Origin: a virus
DNA length: 64,000 bases
Reading direction: 5' to 3' (one strand)
IMG/VR virus record: IMGVR_UViG_3300023174_000079
Location: 1-64,000 of that record
The notes under the pieces are model-generated. The model was not told where the DNA came from. It searched no databases and was given only the letters and a program-made list of their open reading frames with translations. The translations under genes and the position numbers were made by a program. Of this stretch, positions 18,610 through 27,264 are shown piece after piece; the first letter of the stretch is position 1, and every line of letters starts with the position of its first letter.

Positions 18610-19531
18610 TTTCAGATAGCTGAATTAAACAAGCGTAGCAATTAATCTCCTTATCAACAACAAAGGAGTCCCTGTAGAGATACTCAGATATCGTAAGAAG
18701 ATAAAAGCGCTTTAGATCAGGATTTGTCTCGGTTTCGTCTACATGGTTAAATAGATTACGAAGAAGCGAGGTATAGTCAGAGTTAAATGTGTGTTCGCTC
18801 TCAATTAATGCCTTCCTGAGGGTTTCGACATTCTTCTTCTTTACTTCCTTAAAAATAAGATCGAGCACTTTGTTATTCTTTGTATCATTCAATACAAGAG
18901 TACCAGAGGAAGAGAATTTCTGTAATTCATTAATACACTTACGAAGATCAGGGTATGTGCCTTTAATAAACTCTACAAGCTTAACTCTTTGATCATCAGG
19001 TATTGTTATATTTTCCTGCTTTAATATACTAGCACACCTTTTAACTGCTAAATCCAAGGGCGGGGTAAGGTCAAAGCTCTGACACCTACTCTGTAGTGCT
19101 GGAATAATTTTATATTTGTAATTCGCTGTAAGAATAAACCGAGTAATACCGGCAAACTCTTCCATCGTGTTTCTAAGGGCACGTTGTGCGTCAATTGACA
19201 GCCCATCGCACTCATCAAGAATAATAACTTTAATCTTACCATCAATACTCATAGTTTGTGCGAAGTTCATTACCTTATTTCTAATTGTATCAATGCCGTT
19301 TTCATCTGAAGCATTAATATAAAGGTACTGACACTCCAAAATATCATTTACAATAATCTTAGCGGCAGATGTTTTACCAATACCCGCAGCTCCAGTAAAT
19401 AGTAAGTTAGGAATCTCTTCTTTATTCTTAAATGAGAGTAGAGATTCCTTAGTAAACGGAGTACTAATAAAATCTTTTAGGATACGAGGTCTATATTTTT
19501 CCGTCCAAAGATTTGAAAAATCGTAGCTCAT
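18599..19531 (-). CDS. gp44: clamp loader AAA+ subunit
   Basis: LWTEKYRP, GAAGIGKT, ILDECD and LQSRC motifs. Confidence 0.93.
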   Translation of the reverse strand: MSYDFSNLWTEKYRPRILKDFISTPFTKESLLSFKNKEEIPNLLFTGAAGIGKTSAAKIIVNDILECQYLYINASDENGIDTIRNKVMNFAQTMSIDGKIKVIILDECDGLSIDAQRALRNTMEEFAGITRFILTANYKYKIIPALQSRCQSFDLTPPLDLAVKRCASILKQENITIPDDQRVKLVEFIKGTYPDLRKCINELQKFSSSGTLVLNDTKNNKVLDLIFKEVKKKNVETLRKALIESEHTFNSDYTSLLRNLFNHVDETETNPDLKRFYLLTISEYLYRDSFVVDKEINCYACLIQLSEIKL

Positions 19532-19532
19532 T

Positions 19533-19985
19533 TTATTTACCAGAACTACCAAATCCCTTACTACCTCTTTCGGTCTCTTCTACTCTACCCCACTCTACAG
19601 GCATGTGAATATTCATATAGATGACAAATTGTGCAATACGATCACCGGATTTAACTTCATAGTCAACATCTGTATGATTATAGAGCTTAATACCAGCATC
19701 TCCACGGTAGGCGTTATCAATAATACCAGGATGAGCTGAAACACCGTGTTTAAAGCCTAAACCACTACGGCTTTCTACTTTAACCCAATAACCTTCAGGA
19801 ATATAAGCAAATTTTAAACCTACCCCTACTACACTGCTGCCTCGGGCAGGAATAATCTTATCTTCAATACTATAAACATCATAACCAGTATCGGATTCAT
19901 GATTCTTAGCAGGAAGCTTGGCAAGCTCGTGGGTCTTTTCAAACTTTAAAATCGGAAGATATTGAATATTAGGATCTATAGACAT
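19533..19985 (-). CDS. dut: trimeric dUTPase
   Basis: GYDV, RSGLG, GIIDNAYRG, GDRIAQ and RGSKGFGSSG motifs. Confidence 0.95.
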   Translation of the reverse strand: MSIDPNIQYLPILKFEKTHELAKLPAKNHESDTGYDVYSIEDKIIPARGSSVVGVGLKFAYIPEGYWVKVESRSGLGFKHGVSAHPGIIDNAYRGDAGIKLYNHTDVDYEVKSGDRIAQFVIYMNIHMPVEWGRVEETERGSKGFGSSGK

Positions 19986-20044
19986 ATAACACTATAATAT
20001 TATACCTTTATTTAAAATCAACAGGAGATAAGTATATCTACAAT

Positions 20045-20512
20045 ATGGATGAAGAGTTAAACGACGAAGTAGGCTCATTACTCGATCAACTTCAAGCAGT
20101 TAGTACGAAGGTTGAGCAGGTAAAGAAAGAGCGGGACCCAATTACTAAGGAAGAGCTTGAGAAGTTTACCATTGAGAAGGGCGCTGCTTTGGTTGAGGAT
20201 GCTCTTGACATGGTAGCTACTGTAAAGGACTTTATTATTTCGGCTCCTAATGCCGAAGATGTTGAAGCTCTAGCAGGATTAATTAAAGCAGCTTCTTCAG
20301 CTATTGATTCCCTTAATCATCTTACTGTTGCAGACAAGCGTTCAAATACTTCTATTAAACTCAAGGAGATGGATATTGCATCCAGAAAAGAGCTTCAACA
20401 GACAAACATCGAGCATAAACAACTTGCTACAAGAGAAGAGATTTTTAAAATGCTTGTTGACAAAGCAAAGCCTATTGAAGCTGAGATCGTTGAAGATAAG
20501 CGTATTAATTAA
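20045..20512 (+). CDS. putative terminase small subunit (gp16-like)
   Basis: Helical protein with APNAEDVEALAGLIKA and a C-terminal ATREEIFKML, resembling T4-like gp16. Late-type TAAGTA promoter. Confidence 0.5.
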   Translation: MDEELNDEVGSLLDQLQAVSTKVEQVKKERDPITKEELEKFTIEKGAALVEDALDMVATVKDFIISAPNAEDVEALAGLIKAASSAIDSLNHLTVADKRSNTSIKLKEMDIASRKELQQTNIEHKQLATREEIFKMLVDKAKPIEAEIVEDKRIN

Positions 20513-20520
20513 GTCGCCAT

Positions 20521-21765
20521 TTATTGTTGCGGTGTTCCTGACGGGGCCGGTGCACTCTTCTTACCATTCTTTGCATTCTTCTGTGATGTCGGACTCTTGT
20601 CACATACCGTTAATTCCTTGACAACTTGTTGATAGATGTCTTCAGGCTTAGGTAATGTTTTTGCTAATTGTTTAACAATATTGAATTGATTAGTAATATT
20701 TGATTTAATGTCTTCGTACTCTTTCTTTAACCATCTACTTATATCTTCAGGTTTCGGAAATTTAAAGTTTGTAATATCTTTTAAAGTTGGTGGGTTAAGA
20801 ATCGGTAGAGTAAAGTTACAAACAATGCCTTTAACTTGCTTCTCAAGAGTTATTAACCCAGTAAGACTTGTCGGAGGACCAGAGCTTGCGACATTAGCTG
20901 CTAGACTAAAGAGATCGCCAAGTGATCCAAGAGATAGTGATGGTAGATCACCTTGTAGTTGAATACTGTTAGCGAGTGTTTGCTGTAGGACGTTCGTCGC
21001 CGTACCGACAGGATTTGTAAGAGCACTTACCACGCTACTTCCGCCAGGTATATTACCTAAGGCGTTTGTAGCAATATTGAACCCTGGTAGATTTGCAATT
21101 TGTTGATTAATTGTAGAGAACGGCAACTTATTTTGTAGTTCACCTTGGAGTACAGCTGTCCCGGTACTTGCAAGATTACTAAACAACTGCGATGTTGGTG
21201 TTTGTAAGAGACTTGTATATTGTGTCAATCTACCGCCAAGAACGCCTGTAAAAGCATTTGTACCAACACCGTATTGTTGTATGAAAGCATTTTGTGTAGG
21301 TGTTGTACTAGGTGCAGCATTTGCTGCAGTTGTGCTTGCTACTAATGTAGCTGCTGCTGTTAATACCTTTACTGTTCGATCCGGGGCACCTATTGTCGGG
21401 CTATTAATTACCTTGTAGGTAGGCGAGATTGCAGAAAGCGATGCAATAGATCTATATGGCATGGACCCGTCAGCATTAATTCTCTTACCGAGATAATCTA
21501 CCTGGATAAATGTACCTTCGACGTTTTGTGCATATGACCAAGGTGTAACAAATTGTTTATTACTATAAGACCCTTGATTCTTATTTTTTAAAGCAATTGC
21601 TCCTGTCTGTGTTGGTGCATACGCGGCAAGGTTAGTATTCTGACTAAGAACAGCACTCACCGAGGGCTGTAGGCTAGTAAAATTTGGCGTTATACCAGGC
21701 GTTGGTAGATTCAGTATAGAAAAATTACCCGCGTTATTGAAAGCTAGTGTTGTATCGTCTGCCAT
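20521..21765 (-). CDS. hypothetical tail/baseplate protein
   Basis: 414 aa, G/N/T/A-rich, at the end of the baseplate hub operon. Confidence 0.55.
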   Translation of the reverse strand: MADDTTLAFNNAGNFSILNLPTPGITPNFTSLQPSVSAVLSQNTNLAAYAPTQTGAIALKNKNQGSYSNKQFVTPWSYAQNVEGTFIQVDYLGKRINADGSMPYRSIASLSAISPTYKVINSPTIGAPDRTVKVLTAAATLVASTTAANAAPSTTPTQNAFIQQYGVGTNAFTGVLGGRLTQYTSLLQTPTSQLFSNLASTGTAVLQGELQNKLPFSTINQQIANLPGFNIATNALGNIPGGSSVVSALTNPVGTATNVLQQTLANSIQLQGDLPSLSLGSLGDLFSLAANVASSGPPTSLTGLITLEKQVKGIVCNFTLPILNPPTLKDITNFKFPKPEDISRWLKKEYEDIKSNITNQFNIVKQLAKTLPKPEDIYQQVVKELTVCDKSPTSQKNAKNGKKSAPAPSGTPQQ

Positions 21766-21768
21766 ATA

Positions 21769-23424
21769 TTATCCTCCTGTTGTTGGGCTCGGTATAGGTG
21801 TTGATTTTATTGACGCTACTGGTGTATTTTGCTGGTTAGATGTTCTTACTATAACAGTTGAATTCGGATCGTTACCTGTTAATCGATTGTAAATTTTTCC
21901 AACTGTTGGTATCCAACTTGAATTTGTACCGTAAAAATCGTTAGCCGCTCCGACTGGTGAATATATATTTCCAATTTGACCTATTGTAGTGGCATTTGCA
22001 TAATATCCGCTTGGATTAGCTAGCGATTTAGCTTGTTGATTAATAGATGCGGCGACAGAGCTAAAGCTATATAAAGGGCCACGATCGTTTGAAATTCCCA
22101 TCGCATTATTTCCTTGTAAGAACGCTCGAGATGTACCGCCGCCTGTTTCATTTATAGAAATTGCTGCAAGAAAATTAGGATCAATATTATATTTTTGACC
22201 AGCGTTAATAAAATCCTGTGCATATGGTTTAAGATTAGATGGCAAAGCATCAACGTTAAGCGTTGTACTCCCACCTGATGAACCGCTGCCAGCTAGGATA
22301 TTAACTCCTATAGATGAAGCATCCGTCTGCAGACCACCGCTGCCTATATTACCAATACCTGCATTACCACCGGCAACCGTATCACCTACATCTATTCTAT
22401 ACTGCTGGTCGACAATTTGCTGCGTAGCTGCTGCGTCATTAGCCTGTTGCTGAGCTATAGCTGCTGCAGCTGCAGCATTAGCGTCAGACGTAATGACAGT
22501 AAAGTCCATATCGCTAGATGCTAATGGGAAAATATCACGAAGATTTAAAGCTGTGGTGTTACCAATGTTATTGAGATACTGTACAAAGCTAAATGTCTTT
22601 GCTTGTGTAAAGACTGTAGCTAATTTATTTTTTAATTGATCTAATATTTTATTAATACGTACAAACGTAGGTAGGTCGTTAATTAAATTGCAACCATGTG
22701 ACGTTGTAGCATCGGCAGCTATATTTTGCTGTAGAGCAACATTTGAATATCCTATATTCATTAAATTGCGTCTCATGATTGTAGTGTTCTTTTGACTCAA
22801 GTTATACATTACATTTCTAGTAATAGAGCTAATCTTATTATCAGTTGATGCTGCAATAGGAATCGGTACACCGTAATAGCCTTGACTGATATCAAACAAA
22901 GGAAGGGTATTGTCAAGCTGTATAAACTTTGAATTTGCAATTATACCTATACTGTCACTTACGACCTTTGGATAATTAAATTCATGATTAGTAAAATTAG
23001 CTACATTTTGTGCAAACAATGAGGCTCCGGGTATATAATTCGGAAGTAAAAATGTGTTATAATGATCTTTTGCGGATTTATATGCTGTTATTTCTTTGTT
23101 ACTATACGTAGCTTTTTGATACCAATAAAGAACCGCGTCTAGAGAAAAATCCGGCTGGTTGATATAATTGTTTAAAGTATTAAAGAAATTATTAACAGCG
23201 GTTATCGTATCACCTTGTTTAAAAGCGTTACGGTAATCCATATTTGCCTGTAATTCACTAGCAGGCATAATATCTGGGGTTAACAATTCTCCAATTGTTG
23301 TATTTTGTTTGTCAACTAATTGATTATATGTATCAGCTATATCAATATCAGCAAATTCCGGAGCAATGGTAATGGTATTATTATTCGCACTACGGGGGGT
23401 ATAAACTTTTGAAATAGTACTCAT
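21769..23424 (-). CDS. baseplate hub protein with C-terminal lysozyme-like (GH73/glucosaminidase-type) domain
   Basis: KYNIDPNFLAAISINETGGGTS...NNAMGI...IGNIYSP motif. Confidence 0.7.
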   Translation of the reverse strand: MSTISKVYTPRSANNNTITIAPEFADIDIADTYNQLVDKQNTTIGELLTPDIMPASELQANMDYRNAFKQGDTITAVNNFFNTLNNYINQPDFSLDAVLYWYQKATYSNKEITAYKSAKDHYNTFLLPNYIPGASLFAQNVANFTNHEFNYPKVVSDSIGIIANSKFIQLDNTLPLFDISQGYYGVPIPIAASTDNKISSITRNVMYNLSQKNTTIMRRNLMNIGYSNVALQQNIAADATTSHGCNLINDLPTFVRINKILDQLKNKLATVFTQAKTFSFVQYLNNIGNTTALNLRDIFPLASSDMDFTVITSDANAAAAAAIAQQQANDAAATQQIVDQQYRIDVGDTVAGGNAGIGNIGSGGLQTDASSIGVNILAGSGSSGGSTTLNVDALPSNLKPYAQDFINAGQKYNIDPNFLAAISINETGGGTSRAFLQGNNAMGISNDRGPLYSFSSVAASINQQAKSLANPSGYYANATTIGQIGNIYSPVGAANDFYGTNSSWIPTVGKIYNRLTGNDPNSTVIVRTSNQQNTPVASIKSTPIPSPTTGG

Positions 23425-23425
23425 A

Positions 23426-25312
23426 TTATTGTCCGTTTGATACGAGACCGATTAGCTCGTTGTGTTGATTTACTGTTGGACCGAGTTCAGTGAGTGTCGT
23501 TGTTCCGCCGCCGGTTACGAGATCAAGAGTAACAGGATTCAATGCTGCGAAGATAGGATTAGCTGCAGCTGTTCCTACTATACCGCCATTTGCTTTTACT
23601 ACCTGATTTTCCATACCATAAGTGTCTTCAAGTTGATCGAAGTTATATACTTTAATACAGCAAAGATCGTTATAGTACTCATTGCCAATAAAAAGATGTT
23701 TAACTTCTATAATAATATATATACCTAAAAGTTTATTGTCAAACTTACTAGCAGGTATTGCACCATCTCTATCAATGCCAATAAATTCACCAGCCTGGCG
23801 GTGGGTTGAACCTTGTAGGCGGAAACTTAGTAAATTATTGGTAAAGACGCTAGCGTATAAGAATTCATTTCGACCGGAAGCTAAACGTTGATCGGCACTT
23901 TGTTCAGCTGTTGAGAACACGTTATTAACGTTTTTATTTCTATATCTTAATTGACCGGGGGCAAAATTTGCAAAAGGAGGCTTACCGCTACCTGCCTTAC
24001 TATTCATATAATTGACATAGTTTTGCTGATATGTTTTCATAGCCTGGGCTATGCCGTTTCTTTCTATGTCAATTTGAAATTGTTTATTTTCATAATCATA
24101 GCTATGAACCAAATAGGGAACTAGTTTTCTTTGAGCATGTAAGGCTGACATACTATCAAAGGAAAAATTCTTTATCGTACCAATTCGAATAAAAAGACCG
24201 TTAGCTGGAGTAAAATAATTAATTCCTTTGCCCTTTCCGTCCTCATTTGTGTAACCACCAATCTTAATTGTTTCAACATACAGCTCACCAGGACCATCGG
24301 TCAATGCGTCGTATGCTTGTCTGAAATATTGAGATAAGCTTTTAAAAGTCCACGTGCGTGTGTTTCTATCGAGTTGTAGAAAACATTGGTCGAAATTACT
24401 TTGCGTATTTGATACGTGCCGAGAAAGAATATAGTCAATACAATCGGTAGCCTTGTAATTGGCAGGAGTAGAGAAGAAAATATTTGTACCGCCTATGTCC
24501 CAATCAATATTTTGATTATCAATATCAGATTGTGATAATGTTGTAGTATCATTATTTCCGGGTATATTAATGGAAAAATCGATAGGATAATTTTCGTTGG
24601 GTGGAAACGTGGCTTTAAGAAATTCCTTTAATGCAATTCCTGTTGGTATTGCACGGTCTTTATTATCGGCATTTTCAGTAAATGTTGAACCAGTAGCGTT
24701 CTGAGTAGTTTGATTATAGCCTGATGTTGTAGCTGCAAACGTAGCTGTAGTAAACGGAACGTTTTTCTCAAGCATTAATTGATAGTATAGGTCCCAAAAA
24801 TATAACTTCTTTGATTTTAGTCCTGTATTATTATCCACTATTTCTTCAAAATCGTAAATAGCAAAATCAAAATTCATATAAAAGAACTTTCGTCCTTGTT
24901 CAGATCCTAACCCGTTGACCATAGTGCCATCAAGTCTAGGCATAATATCGACGCGTAAAATGTCGCGACCCTCGCCACGAAATAAAAATCCAGCGTCAAT
25001 ATTACTCAATGCACCGTCAGTAGTATCGTAATAATTACTATCAGCTGATTGCCCGGCGTTATTATAATAACGCGGATCACTATAAGGATCAGCAACTGGA
25101 GTGTCGCGTTCGATAATATCGAATGAGTTATTGATTACTATATATCCTTGTTGATAAAAATTATTAAGCGTATCGCTAATAAAAAATTCCTGAATAGCGG
25201 ATGGCTTGATATCTTGGGCTCGAGACTTATCACCAGCAGCACTAATAAGGGTTATCTTAAAAAGATAATCAGTGTTATTAATTAAATGATTATATGCTAC
25301 ACTAGGGGTCAT
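23426..25312 (-). CDS. baseplate hub protein (gp27-like position)
   Basis: Follows gp53. C-terminal GSTHRQAGEFI...GIYIIIEVKHLF resembles gp27/VgrG hub proteins. Confidence 0.55.
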   Translation of the reverse strand: MTPSVAYNHLINNTDYLFKITLISAAGDKSRAQDIKPSAIQEFFISDTLNNFYQQGYIVINNSFDIIERDTPVADPYSDPRYYNNAGQSADSNYYDTTDGALSNIDAGFLFRGEGRDILRVDIMPRLDGTMVNGLGSEQGRKFFYMNFDFAIYDFEEIVDNNTGLKSKKLYFWDLYYQLMLEKNVPFTTATFAATTSGYNQTTQNATGSTFTENADNKDRAIPTGIALKEFLKATFPPNENYPIDFSINIPGNNDTTTLSQSDIDNQNIDWDIGGTNIFFSTPANYKATDCIDYILSRHVSNTQSNFDQCFLQLDRNTRTWTFKSLSQYFRQAYDALTDGPGELYVETIKIGGYTNEDGKGKGINYFTPANGLFIRIGTIKNFSFDSMSALHAQRKLVPYLVHSYDYENKQFQIDIERNGIAQAMKTYQQNYVNYMNSKAGSGKPPFANFAPGQLRYRNKNVNNVFSTAEQSADQRLASGRNEFLYASVFTNNLLSFRLQGSTHRQAGEFIGIDRDGAIPASKFDNKLLGIYIIIEVKHLFIGNEYYNDLCCIKVYNFDQLEDTYGMENQVVKANGGIVGTAAANPIFAALNPVTLDLVTGGGTTTLTELGPTVNQHNELIGLVSNGQ

Positions 25313-25314
25313 TG

Positions 25315-25677
25315 TTAATTAAGAGAAGCGTCAATTTCCTTTAAGATATCAGGGATATACTCAGGCTTAATTAGCTTTATTGTTGTTCCGGCTTTAAGTG
25401 TTTCAAATGGGTTAAAAATATTATTAATTAATAAAATTAACCACCAAAGCTCAATAGTCTGGTAGGCATTAAAACTAACCATTGTCCAGGGCTGGGATTG
25501 CTGAATTGTTAGATAAAAAAGGGCGCGCTTGTCTAGCTTCTCAGGCAAAAAAATTGACTGTACAAGATTATAAAAGTACTGATTATCGTTGGTTTGGTAC
25601 ATTTTAAATATCTTCTCGTACCGATACATATTTAAATTCGGTAAGCTAGCTATAGAATTTTGATATTGCCCATCCAT
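25315..25677 (-). CDS. gp53: baseplate wedge gp53-like (LysM)
   Basis: VSFNAYQTIELWWLILLINNIFNPF...GTTIKLIK motif. Confidence 0.75.
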   Translation of the reverse strand: MDGQYQNSIASLPNLNMYRYEKIFKMYQTNDNQYFYNLVQSIFLPEKLDKRALFYLTIQQSQPWTMVSFNAYQTIELWWLILLINNIFNPFETLKAGTTIKLIKPEYIPDILKEIDASLN

Positions 25678-25722
25678 ATAGATTATTTAAAGCAATCTTT
25701 AAGTTTTGATACTTAAAAGTAG

Positions 25723-27225
25723 CTATTGGGCGAAAGGACCGAGGCCGGTACCTGGGTATAGAGTATTTGCAGAAGGTTGTTGAACGCTAGGATTTGTATT
25801 TAAACCAAAATTCGTTGAGGACGCATGAGTGGCAGCATAGAAGGGACTACCGGCTGCAGCCGCGGCTGGTAGTCCACCTGGTGCGTTTAGAATGGTATCA
25901 ATATTAGTAGATGTTCCTGCTTTAGATGTTCCTGTTTCCACGAGATTATGGGGTCCTATCATATGTTGCATGAAGTTCTTTGAGTTTGCAACTAAACTCT
26001 TAAGAGTAATTGTTACTTTATAGGCATCAGGTATGATAGTAGGAATGGACTGATAACCTACAGCTGATGCTAGAGCCTGGCCTGCAGCACCTAAATCAGA
26101 CGATACTGTATCAGCTGTTGGTACATTAATATTCAATTCACGTCTTGATCCCATGAATTCAATATTCAATGCCTGAATAGAGCAATACGGAAAATATTTA
26201 ACACCAGGTATTTCAACCTGGTAGATGACAGGCTGATCAACAGTATTGGCACTTGTTTTTCCTGGTCTGTTTTGATAAAGAAGCAAGAACAAGAATTGCC
26301 AATTTCTCACGACATCGTCGTAGGTTACCTGACCGGTATTAATTAATGGAAACTCAACAGTTATATCTTCACCTTCAGTCGGGTAATTATAAAATTTTGT
26401 TTTCTCGATGTATGTAATTTGTGCTGAGTTATTTAGGGACGCAAGTATTCCTGCTGCTGATGTAGCAATATCGGCTCCAGTTCCTATTAATGATGGTCCA
26501 ATAGATGTACCGACGCCACCGGAGTCGGAGAATGAGTTTCCTTGGGTGGCTTGATTGTTAGTAAAATACGGTAACACATAAACCCAACCCGTAGGATCGG
26601 TTAGATATAGATTTCTATAAGGAGCCAGCCACGGACTACTATTGACTGTTGGATTATTATCATCGGCAAAAGTTGTATTTAGAAAATCTTTAACTTGTGC
26701 GCCAGCTGCTCCGAAAACATTAGTAAATCCCTGTACAGTATCGTTATTTGCGCTATAAGCCTGTACCTTACTGTTTGCATCTCTTACAAGACCGCTGCCT
26801 GCATTTACAGCAGCCTTTGCTGCGTCGTTTATAAAATTTTTCGCAGCATCTGGTATAAGGCTTGATAAAAATTGTGTAAGTTTAAGATTTTTATTGATTT
26901 GGTTTAGATTTTGTAAGGTCTGTTGACCGCCGCTATATGCTTGACCAAGGGAATATTTTAATTGCGATACTAAAGCGTTTGTTCTTAATTTACGCTCGGT
27001 GAGAATAATTCTTGGAGTCTCGGCGCGCGCCACGTCCCCAACGGGTGAGTATGTCCAATAGAAATCACGTACCACGTTAACGAGATTGGTAAGTGATGTT
27101 CCACCTGGTGCTGTATAATTACTAGCTAACGCTCCGTTGGGCTTAATAGTAGGTAATGCAATAACTTCAGGTGTTATTCCGCCTGTAGTTGCTGAGCTAT
27201 TGAATCCCCAGAGGTATTGTGCCAT
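25723..27225 (-). CDS. baseplate tail-tube cap/junction protein (gp48-like)
   Basis: C-terminal PVIYQVEIPG...CSIQALNIEF...YKVTITLKSL tube-like fold. Has a late promoter. Confidence 0.5.
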   Translation of the reverse strand: MAQYLWGFNSSATTGGITPEVIALPTIKPNGALASNYTAPGGTSLTNLVNVVRDFYWTYSPVGDVARAETPRIILTERKLRTNALVSQLKYSLGQAYSGGQQTLQNLNQINKNLKLTQFLSSLIPDAAKNFINDAAKAAVNAGSGLVRDANSKVQAYSANNDTVQGFTNVFGAAGAQVKDFLNTTFADDNNPTVNSSPWLAPYRNLYLTDPTGWVYVLPYFTNNQATQGNSFSDSGGVGTSIGPSLIGTGADIATSAAGILASLNNSAQITYIEKTKFYNYPTEGEDITVEFPLINTGQVTYDDVVRNWQFLFLLLYQNRPGKTSANTVDQPVIYQVEIPGVKYFPYCSIQALNIEFMGSRRELNINVPTADTVSSDLGAAGQALASAVGYQSIPTIIPDAYKVTITLKSLVANSKNFMQHMIGPHNLVETGTSKAGTSTNIDTILNAPGGLPAAAAAGSPFYAATHASSTNFGLNTNPSVQQPSANTLYPGTGLGPFAQ

Positions 27226-27264
27226 ATTAGTATTTAATACCTATATAAAAAGCTAGTGATACTT

